From positions 310,001-374,000 of the forward strand of contig CP158635.1 of assembly GCA_050273025.1 (NCBI GenBank): DNA of 64,000 nucleotides. Reading direction: 5' to 3'. The notes under the pieces were generated by a model. That model saw nothing but the letters and a program-made list of their open reading frames with translations. It was not told where the DNA came from and did not search any database. This document shows, piece by piece, positions 12,532 to 26,260 of the stretch. Position numbers and translations under genes: made by a program. Position 1 is the first letter of the stretch, and each line of letters begins with the position of its first letter. The stretch is from Cenococcum geophilum (taxonomy: Eukaryota).

Positions 12532-15500
12532 TTATTATTTATTGCTTAATGTCCGATTCAGATCCCTATTAGGCCTACGCGGACTACTCCTTATATACAT
12601 ATAGGGAGAAAACTCTATTTAAGAAAACCCTATAATCTATCTCTCGGCCTTTTAGGACTCGCCTATAAGGCGCCTATAAGGCGCCTATAAGTCACCTATA
12701 GTGCTCTACTACCTTACTTTTTAACCTCCTTAAAAACTACTGCTGCTGTAATAAGCCTATAGACGCGCTAGTATTGCAAACTTTACTCTACCACTGTAGA
12801 GTTATTAGGGGGCGCCCGTTGCTCGCCCCCCCCGCCCTTTATTACTATTTCCTTTACAACCTAGAACTAGTTTAGTACATTTTAGCTAATAAGCTACTAG
12901 GTAACCGCCTTAAGGCCTTTTTATATCGAGAGTAGTATATTATAGTTCTCTGTGCCAGCTACTAAGAGTATTATTTCTTAGTTGGTGCGTAAGGGGCATA
13001 ACAGTATTACGTATTTTGGTATCTGTCTTAGCCAGCTACATTTATATCTTAGGCTACCTACTAGGATACCTACCTAGTAGAGCCAGTCTTTTAGTCCTAT
13101 TATTCCTGTTCTTAAAAGTATTACTATTATATTTTCTACCTTCGTTAGGCCTTCTTAGAGCCCTAGAGTGTTTACCCTCTATAGCGTTAACTATGCTATA
13201 GCTTAGGTTCCTCTTGCCTTAGTTAGCCTCTATACCTTTAACTTCTATACACCTCTCTAGCGTTAGTCCAGCTAGTGTTATATTATAGTAGATAGTTTCC
13301 TAGCATTCTTTTATACTCTACTTTTACTCCTTTTTCTCTCTTATTATTGTTTTTGCTGGCCTCTTATACGTCTCCCTTTCTTCTCTATATAGGCCTAGGC
13401 CCTAAAGCAGCACCATTCTTCTTCTACTTTCTTTACCTGTTTCTCTAATATATCTTCTCTACTTTAGGGTTGTTGGTTTATTCTCCTATAGGGCGCCCTA
13501 AGGTCCCTCTATAGTTTATTTAGGCGTGTCTTAATATACTTTATAACATTAGAGTTGCGTTTATTTTACGCCCTTTATATTGTAGTGGCTTTAATATATA
13601 GTTATAGGGGGGGAATATTGGCTTCCTTTTTAAGCAGTGCTGTAGCCGTTTGCTTATATCCGCCTATTATACTCTAGAGGTAGGCTATTTAAACCTTTTA
13701 AAGTGGTTTAAGGAGCGATTTAGGGGGGCCTTTCTTAGATTCTCTAATGGCCTAAATACTGGACCTATATATTATGGTTAGCCGGACAACTACTATATAT
13801 AGTAGGCGTGACCTCTAAAAGCATAGACCCTATATAGAATTAACAATCCTAGATAATATAATGTACTGTGCTTGGCCCTTATAGGCCGCTTATACTGTAT
13901 ATACGCTCCACTAGAGCTTGCTGTCTACCTATACTCCTAATACCCTTAGACCCTAAACTAGTTAACCCCTAAAGCCTTAGATATAAATTATGTGCTAAAG
14001 ATCTGTAGATTGGTTATATTTTCTTATAAAGTAGATTAGCTAGTATTTCTCTAGTAAGAATTAAACTCTATATCGTCTTACCTATTCTATATAGGTATTA
14101 TAAGCTTTCTCTAGTATTCTGCAATTTTTTGCGGCTGTTGGCCCGTATATAATTAGGTTTGTATTATTAACGAAGCCTATCCCCTAGGTTGCCCCTTTCT
14201 TAAAGGAGTTAAGCAGGTTGCTTATAAAGAAAAGGAAGAGTATAGGCGAGAGGGGTAATTCTTATAGTATTCCTGTTATAACTATAATAGGGGGGCTCTA
14301 GTATCCGCTGAAGATTAGTAATGTTTCTTTCTAACCTATAAACCCTTAAACAAATTATATAATCCATTCTAGGAAGCCTTTTGCCCTAAGGATATATAGG
14401 AGACGCTCGTGGGGTACGTTATTGTAGGCGCCGCTAATATCTAGGCTAAGCATTAATACTATAAAGTCCCTTTATATCGCCTATGCGGATTTAATAGTGG
14501 TAGCGAGTAGCGTAAGTGCTAATAGTGTTAAGCGGTTCTTTCTTGCCCCTATTTAGCTTTATAGTAGTAGGTTATATTTCTTAGCCATATCTGCTATATA
14601 GTCCGCTATTACCTTTTCTAAAATCTTACTAAGGGTGTTTTCTAAGGCAATAGGGCGGTAGCTTCCTAGGATTAAGTAATCTGCTTTACCTTCTTTCCGT
14701 AAAATAACCGTCGTTATAGCTCTTCTAAGTCGCGGGTAGTAGCCTATAATAAAGTATGCCCTAGCTATATCTGTAAGCTAGGGTGCTATAAGTAGTCTAT
14801 ATGTTTTTAAGGCCTTATTTAGAATCCCATCTAGTCCTAGTGCTATATTGTTTAAAAAGCGGCTAATAGTCCTGGCCATTTCCTCTATTATTATATCGCT
14901 GTTGACCCTTAGGCAAGTTACTGGTGTTTTACCTATAATATTACTAAGGTCTACTAGAGCTAGTTAGGGGAAGAACCTTTCTATAAGGATCTTTGCCTTC
15001 TTATTATTGTTATTAGTAGCCTATAATTCCCCTACTCTTTATAGGGGTGGTAGGTGTAGGTCTTCTACTAGGCGCCCTACCTTTTTCTTTACCTATTTTG
15101 CTATAGCCTAAAGGCCCTTGTTATAGGGGAGGCTTGGGTTAAAAGTATGCTCGTTTATAAACCGTCTCTAGTTATTCCTTACTTCTTTCTTTAGGGTATT
15201 TTTTAACTGGTTTCTTATGTCTTTATATCGTCTCTTGTCTTTAGGGTTATAGCTACTTATATATTTCCTTCTTGCTTATTATTAGCTGGTAATAAGAACC
15301 GCGTATTATGCGGACTATGCGTGTCGCGTATAGGGGCCCGGTTTTAAGACCAGGCAGTACTTTTCTAGCCTATTTTTAATTGCTACCTAGATCCTTTCTA
15401 GTCTTTAGTTAATTTCCTTAGGGGTAGCTAATAAGCCTTACTTGTTTGGAATTAGGTAGATTTCTTCTAGGTCTTAAAGTTATTATTTAACTGTATTAAG

Positions 15501-18500
15501 GAAACTGTCTGTCTTAAGCTTCCTTATTATATATCTTTTGCTACTTAGTTACGCCTTAATATCTAAATCTAGCTGTATCTGGATGGGGATATAGTCTAAG
15601 GCGAGTGCCTATTTTTTTTTAGGGTTGCACCTTTTAAGTCTCTAGTATAGGCCTTTATCCATAAATATGAGGTTAATTATACTTCTAGAGGTTCCTCGTT
15701 ACTATATAGTTGCTCTTAGGGGGGTAGCTAACTTAAGGCCCTAGGTGTCTATAGCTCTTAGTAGGCACTCTGCCTATTAATTAATAGTAATATAGATACC
15801 CCCCTACTACGGGTAGTAGAGGTTTATGTCTCCTAGTAGGATAGACTCTATACCTTTGGTTTCTAGTAAGCTTATTACTAATATAATATTCTCTATTTAT
15901 GGGACCCCTTCGACCCTAGGGTTATATATATTAATAATTTGTACCGGTCCCCTATATATCTAGATTGTTACAACTGTAATATCTAGGTTAACTACCTACT
16001 ATAACTATAAGGATAGGCTAATAGCCTTGCTAATTATAAAGTATACGCGTATGGCTGCTTTTAGTTTATATAGGAGCTAGAATCCTCGGGGGCAGTATGT
16101 CGATTATATATAGGTATTATAGTACGGCTCTTATATAGTAAGGATATAGTATTTCTCTAGGTCTAGACCGTCTAGTAAAGGCCTTACAAAACGGTGGTTT
16201 ATATTGCCGCAGTTGTACTATATAATAAATAGGTGGCGAACCCCTAGTGAGGGTCCTTTGCCTTTTCTTTATTTCTCGCTTTTTCTATTTCTACTTTCTC
16301 TAGGATATTTAAAACTTCTGTCTCTTATATCTATACCCTAGTTACTACTTATTTTATATAGAGCTTTCTATTCCCGTATCTTGTATTCCTACTAGCACTT
16401 TTATATTTAAATCTATTATTATCTCCAGTTTCTCCCCTGTTCTTACTAGCTAGCTATATACCCTTTATAGGTTGGCTATAAATGTTATATTTACCGTGTT
16501 AAATCTAATTCTTAATTGTCCTGGTCTTAAGCTTGCTGTAGCTATCTATAGGGGTCTTTCTACAGGGCGTCCTCTCCCTTATGTCCCCTGTAACCCTTAT
16601 ATCCCTATATAGTCTGGTAATATTACGCAGCGCCGCTTCTGGCCCGTTAAGGCTTGGGATAGCTAGCCTAGCCCCCTAGTACTAAAGGTAGGAAACGCTA
16701 GGAAGGTACCTGCGTCCCCCTAGCTTATCGCCTATTGTTTCCATTTATATAACCTAGCGTATAGTTATTTCTATAGCTGTTAAGCCCTTACCTTCCGCCT
16801 CCTGTATTTAATATAGTCTTCTCTCTCCTACGCCTTATATGTGCTTCGGTAGCAGTTTACGCATTTTATTTAGTCTTAATTTAAGCAGTGTCTTATATTA
16901 TAGGGGCCTATATAGTGGCCGCAGCACACCTATACTATATATGTGGATTAGGTATGTCCCTATTATACGCAGTGGTAGCATTATTTTAGGCGTAGTCTAT
17001 AGTTATAGAGCCTTACGTTATATATAAGGCTATTTATAATTATTCCTTTTTAGATAAGGAGTTTTTGCATTTTTAGTATATATGTACTAATAATAAGGGA
17101 GCTATGCATTCGACCGGCGTCTCTTTAGCGAGTCTCTAGCTGTTAGGAATAGGGCAAATTGCCGCTATATAAGGTAAATTGCCGTCATATAAGGCAAGTT
17201 GCCGTTATATGTCGCCGCGGCACTACTATAGCGAGGAACCTTAAGTTCCTTGACCCTTACCCCTATCTATAAATATAAGAAATAACAATTATCATACTAT
17301 CTACGAACCGTAGCTACGTGATATCCCCCTTATATAACCAACACTGATTAGTGGTTAACTTTATAGTTATGCTATAGAACAGCTAGGTATTTACTAAAAA
17401 GAGATAAGCTACTGTACTAGTGCTACTCGTGCTAAGGGAAGCTGTCTTTTAAGGTTAGAACTGGTCCTAAACCTTAAATAGAACTCTTTTACAAATCTAA
17501 GGATTTAAAGGCCAAAACTGGTCCTAAGCCTTCCCTAGATTACAGATTCTTGCGTCCATTACACAGAATAACACGCTTTATAAGTCTTTGCGATTTAAGG
17601 CCAGAACTAGTCCTAAGCCCTATAATCGCAAATATACGTCACGAACGCGTACTAAATAATAATCCCTATACTACTAATATTCCCTTCCTCTAAAGATATA
17701 ACTATGGCCACTCCAAACAACTGAAGAGACTCCTTACTACTAGGGGTAGCTATATACACGAAACTCATTAATAAAGATTAGGACGTATTTACCTTTAATA
17801 CAACAACCTATACCGTAAAATAAGTTAACGGCTTTCTCCTACACTATATTCTATTCTACTAAGATAGCTATTATACCGATTTATAGTTATGGGAATACTT
17901 TAGGGAGGATTTTATAGGATGGACCGCCGATACTTAGGCACTTGGCAATATTAATATTATTTAGGATTTTTAAGACTCCCTCTAAAGGAATAGGGTGTAT
18001 ATTACTAAGGACGGTAACCCAATTGCTAGTAATATTTACGCTGTTTTTATTAGTATAGAAAAACCAGTATAGACGGAAACTAAGATTATACGTTAACTAC
18101 GGAAACCTAAAACTAACCTATATTCTTTGGAAGGCAACTTTAATTCGGAACGAAACCCCTAGAACGCTACTCTTCCACCTAAAGGTGCTCTACCACCTAG
18201 AGGTGCTCTTTCTCTACCTCTATTACCTTTAACTCCTCTATTCTAGCTAACCAATAAGCCTCTATTTTAAGAAGTCACAAATCTAATAAAGGTATATTTG
18301 GATAAAGAGAAGAAGTTTAGAGGAGAATTATACGATATGCTCGGAGCAAAACTATAGGTCTTTTATAACTGCTGTAATAAGGTTAGAATTTAACGCCACC
18401 AGTTTCATTATACTTTCTCTATTATATTAAAGGGACGGGCGGCGACGTTCTATTACAACTATATTATAGGTAAAAACTATAGCTTTAATATAATGCTTTA

Positions 18501-21500
18501 GCTTACTAGAGCCTACTTTAAAACTAATAAGAACCGTTAACTCTATATATCTAAATAGCGGGAGACTATATTTTAGAGAGTTATCGCTTTTAACCCAACA
18601 ATAACTTACCTAGAGTGCCTTTAACTACTCTTTAATAAACTCTAGAAAATCTAATGCGGATTTACCGAAACTTACTAAAATAAAAACAGCCTAAGGGACT
18701 AGGTTATTTTAGCATACCGTGGCGTTCTTAAGTGCAACTTGGCGCTATATAAACCTATAGACACGTTTAAAGGAGTATATACCGAGCTACGCTCCGCCGT
18801 AGGTACTGCGATATAAACATAAGAATCTCAACAGCTCTATACCGAAAGCCCTACCTAACTAAGCATTCCTGACCAACACGATTATAATTGGACTAATTAA
18901 ATATATAGCGGCCGTGGTAGGGAATACGGCAAAGGGTATAATTAACGTCAACTATAAGGTAATTATGGAGGTCCTTGTGGAGGTTCATTTTAAAGTAATC
19001 GCTAGAAGAAGTGCTATGTTTATAAGAAGCTAAATTGCTAGTTAACTAGACACTCCCTTAATAAGCGAAAAGAGGCATATAATAAGTTCCGTTAAAGTAT
19101 AAGAAACGTTAGAAATTATAAGGTTACTACGGCCTACTTCTAAAGCTTCCTGGTTCAATATAAAGGCGTAAAAGACCTTAAGGGTAAGGTTAATAAGACT
19201 GAACAGCTCCTTATAGATATAGAAATTAAGGATTACTTACCTAACCAATACTTTACTAAGTATGGTAAGGTAAATAGTATATAAACCGTCGCTGTTTTTA
19301 ATAACTAATCTACGCTCCATTTTATTACAAAGTTAGATATCTTTAATGAGCCAAAAAAGAGCTCCGCGTTTTCCTTCAACAACAGATACTCGGCGAACGT
19401 CTTCTATAGTATTATACCGGATACTAGAGCTGCAGGAGTATCTATAGTAAGAGAACCTTAAGTTCAAGCCCTTTAGTAGCTTAATAGCTCTATTTAGATT
19501 AACCATTTAACGGCAGGCTAACACACGATTTGTTTTAGCAAAGGTACTATAATCTCTCTCGGCACAATTAGGGTTTAAACCCCCTTAAGGTATATCACTT
19601 TTTACGTTATTCCTACAAACACCTTGTTTCTATTTTATATTAGAGATATAGACAAACTAGGCGTTAAGCTTAATAACCTTAAGAATATGCTCATATAGGG
19701 AGATAATCAGGTGCCTATTGTACGCAAGTAGGGTCACCCTTAGCTGCTCCTTTAACAACCAGAAAAGAGTATTGCTTAGAGCCATTTAACTAAGTCAGAG
19801 TTACGCCAACTACACCATCGTTTTAGTCACCTATTAGTTTACTAATTACTTAGGGTTCTTCAGCGAGTAGGCTATAAAGTCAAAGTTAAGGTAATTAAGC
19901 ATCTTATAAAATATTGCTACTACTGCTAAATAAACTAGAGGTCCCCTAGCCGATTTAAGTTCACCCTTAAAGATAACTACGACTTTAACTTCTGTATTAT
20001 TGTCGACGTTATATACCTTAGCGGCAAGCCAGTACTCTAAGTTATTAACTTCTTAACCTCCTTCCAAGCCGCACGATTTTTAAAGGATATATCAGCTAGG
20101 AACGCATAGGATACCCTTTAGTTATGCTAGATTAATGTCTACCTAGGACCCCCTAATTAAATTGTTCACGACATAGGAAAGAACTTCTTATCTATAGAGT
20201 TCCGACAACAAATAAAGGCAATGGCAATTAAGGTTAAGGAAGTCCCTATTAAGGCATATAATAGTATTAAAAAAGTAAAGCGATATTATACGCCATTACG
20301 CTGCGTATATAAGATTATCTCTTTAGAACTAAAGGACGCTAGTAAAGAACTTACCTTGCAAATAGCTGTTAAAGCTATTAACAATTCCGCTGGCCCAGAT
20401 AGACTCGTACCTACGTTACTAGTCTTTAGCGCCTACCTATAAATAACTAATAATTCTCTACTATCTCCCTTTATTATATAATAAGCTAAGGCGATTTATA
20501 AGGCAATAAAGGAGGTGCGACGCCTCTATGCTATACGCTAGGTCAATAACGTACTAGGAATAAGAAATGGCCCAAATACCTCAACTGCGCTTAATCTGCC
20601 ACTCCAGTCTAAAGTACGCGTATGGCGTAAAAGGGGAGGATAGTTAGGCCCATATTAACTTATTATAATTAATAGTTAAACATATACTATTTAGATGCCT
20701 TACGGACCCACCTAATTCCGTTTAACTGTTATTAAGCCTTACTATAAAGATAATAATTCTAAGCCTTTATAGGATGCCCTAGAAGATACCCTAGAAGAGA
20801 ACTACGACTAATATACTCTAGAAGGCGACTACAATCCCGATATAATTATAGTAGATGCGCCATAACTATAACGCGGTAGAGGTCGCCCAAAGGGATTACG
20901 AAATCGCTAACACCTTATTAATTTTAAAGAACAATTTATTGCCGCTATTAAGAATAAAGTTAAGTTATTAATGGCCTTTATAACAGCTAAAGAGAAGGCT
21001 AACTTTAAGCTCGCAAAATAGCTCTAAAAGGAAGGTCGTATTATAACCCTAGGAGCTCCTTTCTAAGTATCCAATAAGCAGGAGATCAACAGTCTTATTA
21101 TAAGAGGAGTCTTTAAATTCGAGAAGTATGACCCTACTAAGTTCAATAGAATTCGCATCTTTAAGTTAAGAATGGTTAACGAGATTAAGGGCAAAGCTAT
21201 TAACGCCCCATTTAAGAAATTAAGGCTTATTATCCAAGGTTATAACAATAATAGTAAGGAGGTAATTCTTACGCAATCTCCTACAATATAACAAGCTAGT
21301 TAGCGAGTTATTATTATATTAGCTCCCTCCTTAATAAAGAACAGAATGGCAGTTTATTTGCGAGATATTACTTAGGCCTATACCCAATTAAAGACGCGCC
21401 TTTAGCGCTTAATACTAGCATACCTTTTAGAGCAAATTCGCTACTAATATCCCAAAGATACGATTATAGTTATACTTAAGCCACTATATAGAATTGCAGA

Positions 21501-24053
21501 AGTAGGAACTTATTAGTGGGCTACCTATAGCAAGCACTATAAAGAGAAGCTTTTAATAACTACTTCTATATTTAATCCCTGCTTCCTTATTATAACTATA
21601 GAAACTCTATTTAGAATCATCGGCATACAAACTAACAATATAATTATCTTAGGAGATAACCAATTCTTAGCTCTTAAAGAAGATAAGCTAGTAAAGGCAA
21701 ATCTTATAGCAAAGCTAAAGGAAAAGCTTAGTTTAATAATACTATTACTTTTTAATGGATATATCCTCTCCCTAAACAAGGATTCTATTACTCTACGCCA
21801 GAAGGGTTAAGGTAAGAAGATTAACGTTATTAACGCTAATTCTCCAAAGTAAGGATACGTAGAGTAACGCGCTCGCGGAGCTTATATTGCTTCTATCTGT
21901 CAACCTAAGGCTTTATTTAATCTCTTTGTTACCGCCTAACACTAGGAACTAACTAAGGACGATATCCTTACCCTAAATAAGCGTCTTTTCTAGTAAATAA
22001 ACTATCTTAATTGGGGACTACTCTACGTGCCTATTAATCTTCCTACCGCCAAGCTTTTTGTATTTATTAATAGATTATTTATAAATAATAAAGATTTTAG
22101 CTCCTAGTTGGGATATAAGATTATTATCGCGAACGAATTTACTAGAGAGAATAACTTTATAATCTATGGCAATCTTATCTATTAGAGCTTAACTAAGAGC
22201 AAGCGCATTACCTAAAGTGTTTTAGCATTAAAGATATATAGAATAGTTAGCGGAGTTAATATAGTAATTACAATTAGAACTACCCTAAAGATAATTATAG
22301 ATCGACTTAAACTTTCCATTATCCCTACAATCGTATACACTAACTCATATTCCCTTTATAAGTGTTTAGTTAAGCTTAGTACTATAAAAAAGAAGCGCCT
22401 TATAATCAATATTATAGCACTTCGGCAATCCTATAAGCGTTAAGAACTCTTTAAGATTTAATGGATTAATAGCTAAGATAACCCGGTAGATGCGATAACG
22501 AAGGTAAACCCAAATAAGGCACTAGAGACGTTTATTAACACAAATACTCTACGTGTATGAGTTAAAGGTTGGGTTAAAAGGGAGTCCCCAGAAATTTCTT
22601 AGTCACGTAAGGTCTTGAGATATCCAGAAACTTCGACCGGCGGTCGAAGTTGTCTGATTGCCAATCAGGATTTTCCATCCCCGGGATGGAAAATCGCCAT
22701 TAGCTCACTTACTGCTAGCGCCTTGGCGGCCTACCCGTCTTCGCCAACTGCTGCATTGTCGCATAGTGTTTAGTCTTATCGTATACTATCTGGTATCGTT
22801 GCATCCTGTCTGTTTATATATATATAAATGGCAACCACAAAAAGAAAAGTTGCCAGTGTTAGGAATAGGGCAAATTGCCGCCATGTAAGGCAAATTGCCG
22901 TCACGTAAGGCAAGTTGCCGTCACGTAAGGCAAGTTGCCGTCACGTGTCGCCGCGGCACTACCGTAGCGAGGAACCTTAAGTTCCTCGACCCTTACCCCT
23001 ATCTATAAATATAAGAAATAACAATTATCATACCATCTACAAACCGTAGCTACGTAATATCCCCCTTATGTAACCAACACTAGCGACCCTTATATCCTCT
23101 TATTATTCTTATTATTTACTTAGTTTATATTTTCCTATTAAAGCTATTAAATTTGGGTAATCTTAAGGCCTAGTATAAGGCGTTTTGTATATTTTACTAT
23201 CTTTTATATAGTTGCTATATTGTCTGCCTAGCGTCCCTTTTCTACCCTAAGGCTTATAGAAACCGCTAGGACTTTGACTAGGTAGTTTTTATAGAGCACT
23301 TTTATGCTAATACGTTCTCCTAGCCTATCCCCTGCCCTTACGGCTCGTTCCTTTACCTATTAGTCCTTTAGGGTAACTCTAATATCTCCGCTCCTAAGGT
23401 GTTAGACTATAACTACGTTATAGACCTCTTTATAAATCTCTATAAGGACTTCTGTTTCTAATTATCCCCTAAACCCCTCTGCTTTTTCTATATTTAGTTA
23501 TATTATAATTATATACCCAGTTATTGTTTTAAGGGGGGTAGGTTCCCTATAGTGTGGAAGCGCGGCTATAGCGGCCTAGGTGCGGTTCGCCGGTAAGGGG
23601 GGTTTTTATTTATTTTTAATTTTGCTTAGCCGTTAGAGGATTTAATTAAGGGTTTGCTGGAGGGGCGCCTAAGGTTCGCTAGACTGGCGGAGCCATTCTG
23701 CTAGCTATATTAGTTTATTATAGCTAATAGTTACTCCCCTATAATTTTGGATACTAGACGCGTCTAATAGGCTTTATATTTTATTAGATGCCTTCTTAAT
23801 AAAGGTATTTCGGCTTTATGGTGTGGTATTCACCCATCTTTATTATAGAGGGCCGTTGTTAGGCGTGGATCTGGCGGTTACGCGTAAGTGCGAGCCACCG
23901 TCGGTTAACGTATGCCTCCCCTGTGATGTATATATCTTAGGGGGATTCTCTAGGTGTTTTTTAGGGTTCTTTTTGGTTGGTTTTGGTCTTTTTAGGCCGG
24001 GTGTAGTAAGAGCTCGGAGAGTAGTTATAAGAGAATTATATAATTAAATAGTT
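12532..24053 (-). mobile_element. Full-length Tad1-like LINE (~5.6 kb net), interrupted by GalEa-1
   Basis: 15-bp TSD GGTAATTATAGGTTA at 12517-12531 and 24054-24068; (TAA)n tail; ORF1 zinc knuckles at ~16820-16990; endonuclease remnants (IQEP, LGDxNLH, SDH); RT GFVDD remnant at ~14162-14183; C-terminal CxCG..H....C at ~12995-13050. Confidence 0.9.
17141..23079 (+). mobile_element. GalEa-clade Copia LTR retrotransposon 1, full length, RIP-inactivated
   Basis: LTRs at 17141-17343 and 22857-23079; TSD CTAGC; CTGATTAGT hairpin site in place of a tRNA primer-binding site; order gag-PR-IN-RT-RH with RDITQAY, QTDD and KRITRSVLA remnants. Confidence 0.93.
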
Positions 24054-26260
24054 GGTAATTATAGGTTAAGTAGAAGCACTAGGCTAGAAAGAGTAGCCAC
24101 TAAAAGTCTTAATATAGATTTAACTAATTAGATAACTTTAACCGGTGGTTAAAGTTCCTAAATATCTGAAATTTTATAGTATTAGTAGAAAACGGCGGAA
24201 TATAACAGAATTTAGCTGATAGTTATATTAGGGCTTTAGGGCGTTTTTATCCCTATACTCCTCTGGTAACTTATTATCTTTATTATACTAGCATTCTATT
24301 TACTTATTTAGGTACTTTATAGGTTTAGGTATATTAGGGTATTTGTTATAAAACTTTTTAAGCTTTTAGGGGTAGCCTATAAAGTTCTATATAGGGTACT
24401 AGGTTAGGTTTAGGTTATAGCCCTTTTATTAAATATAGTATTTTAATATTCCCTATACTATTTTATAGGCTAATATTTTATTAACTTTTTATTTATTATT
24501 ACCGTTTACTTAAATTAATAGGGAAGGCTAGTTCTTTTATCTAGGTAATAGGTTATTTATAGCTTTCCGTAGCTTATTTAGTAAATATTCATACTAACTT
24601 AATAGTATAAGTAAGTTATATCCCAGGGCACGAAATACGTATAGTATTGTATGCTCTTTAGGATGTTAGTAACTGTCTCTTATATTAAAGCAGACTATAT
24701 AGTCTATATACTAATACGTCCTTTCCCCCTAATTAGTTAGTGCTTATATACCAGATATATAAGCGGTGGTTAGTACGCCGAACGCGTAGGCATATAATTA
24801 GTACGACAGGTGCTGTAATTATACACTAGCGGTACTTGAAAAATGAAACCACTTATATATAGTCTCCGTAGTTGCTTTAATAAAACTATAGAATATAAAA
24901 GAAAATGTATAGGAAATCCCTTCTAAGGTGCCTTCTGGGTTGCCTTCTAAATGGTGCTCTAAGCTGGCCGTAAGTCCTGCTTACGGTCCGTAAAATTAAC
25001 TGTACGGCCTTTTAACGGGCCGTAAATGCACTGTACGGCCTTTCGATGGGCCGTAACTAAACCGTAAATGCTCCGTTAGTCTCGCTCTACCCATTCTGTA
25101 ACCTTTAGGTTGAGCTTATTTATATCGATTAGGGTTTTAAGAGCTTAACACGGCTTTACCTTAGTTATAGCGTCTGCTGGGTTGTCTCCGCTGCTGATCT
25201 ATTTGACCTCTATAATCTTACGTCGTTTATAGGCCTAATGTAAGCATATTAGGTCGACCATAAGCCTCTTCTCTTGTGTCGTACCTAGTTTAACTAGGCA
25301 GTCGTAAAGGGACTTTAAATTAGTGCATAAAACCAGGGGTAACTGCTCTAGTTGTAGAATTTTCTGGACCGTTAATTTGATTGCGGCTGCTATATTAAAG
25401 CTATAGGCTAGTGCATATAGTTTAGAAGCTAGTACACTGCGGGTTACTTATTTACACTTAATTAAAGACTAATATAGTATATTTGCGTCCTAATTGCGGT
25501 CCGTAAGTATAATTATAAAGCCGATTTATAATAATAGGTCTTTGTTATTAGCAAAGGAGGCGTCTATAAATACTATTATATTAAGGGAATTTAGGTCTAG
25601 TGGTATAAAAGTAAATCCTCTTATCGCGTTGTTAATTTGCTATTAAATGCGCTTATTAAGCTGCTTAATATTTTCTTCTTGCGGATCTACTACCTAGGCC
25701 GTAAAGAACAAGTTGTAGGTAGATTTGGGTTAGCAGACTATGGCTATATAGGCGCCTCTTGCACGCTATACAGCGTATTGGTCCTTTATATTTACGGTCT
25801 TATAGGTCTCTCCGCGGGAACTAGTAAGGTCCGTAGGCTTTGCTATAATAAGCTTTAGGTTTTAAGCTTGGCGTTCCTAAGTTAGCTAAATTAAATTGCC
25901 CTTTTGTGTAATTAAGCCTCCATTAAACTTAATTAGAGTCTACTTAGTTAACTACTCTCGCGGCTTTGCCAAGAACTTTGCCTTTTATAGTTTAGCTTCT
26001 TTAGCGTCCGCAAAGGTTTGGTCTGCTAAGAAGAGGGTATTATCTGTTTGGAGTCTAATAATGCTAAGGCCGTTTAATTGGGTGTATAGGAGGCAAGGGT
26101 TATAGGTCGACTGCTCCATCTTAAGTTTATGGACGTGATATTGGTAATATGTCTTGAACCAGTGGTTTCCAGCTTCTAGCACTCTGTAAAGTGGTTTTAT
26201 AACCTATAAAATTGTTCCTAGTTGTAAATTAAGCTTAAGTGGCGGTCGTATAAAGATATC

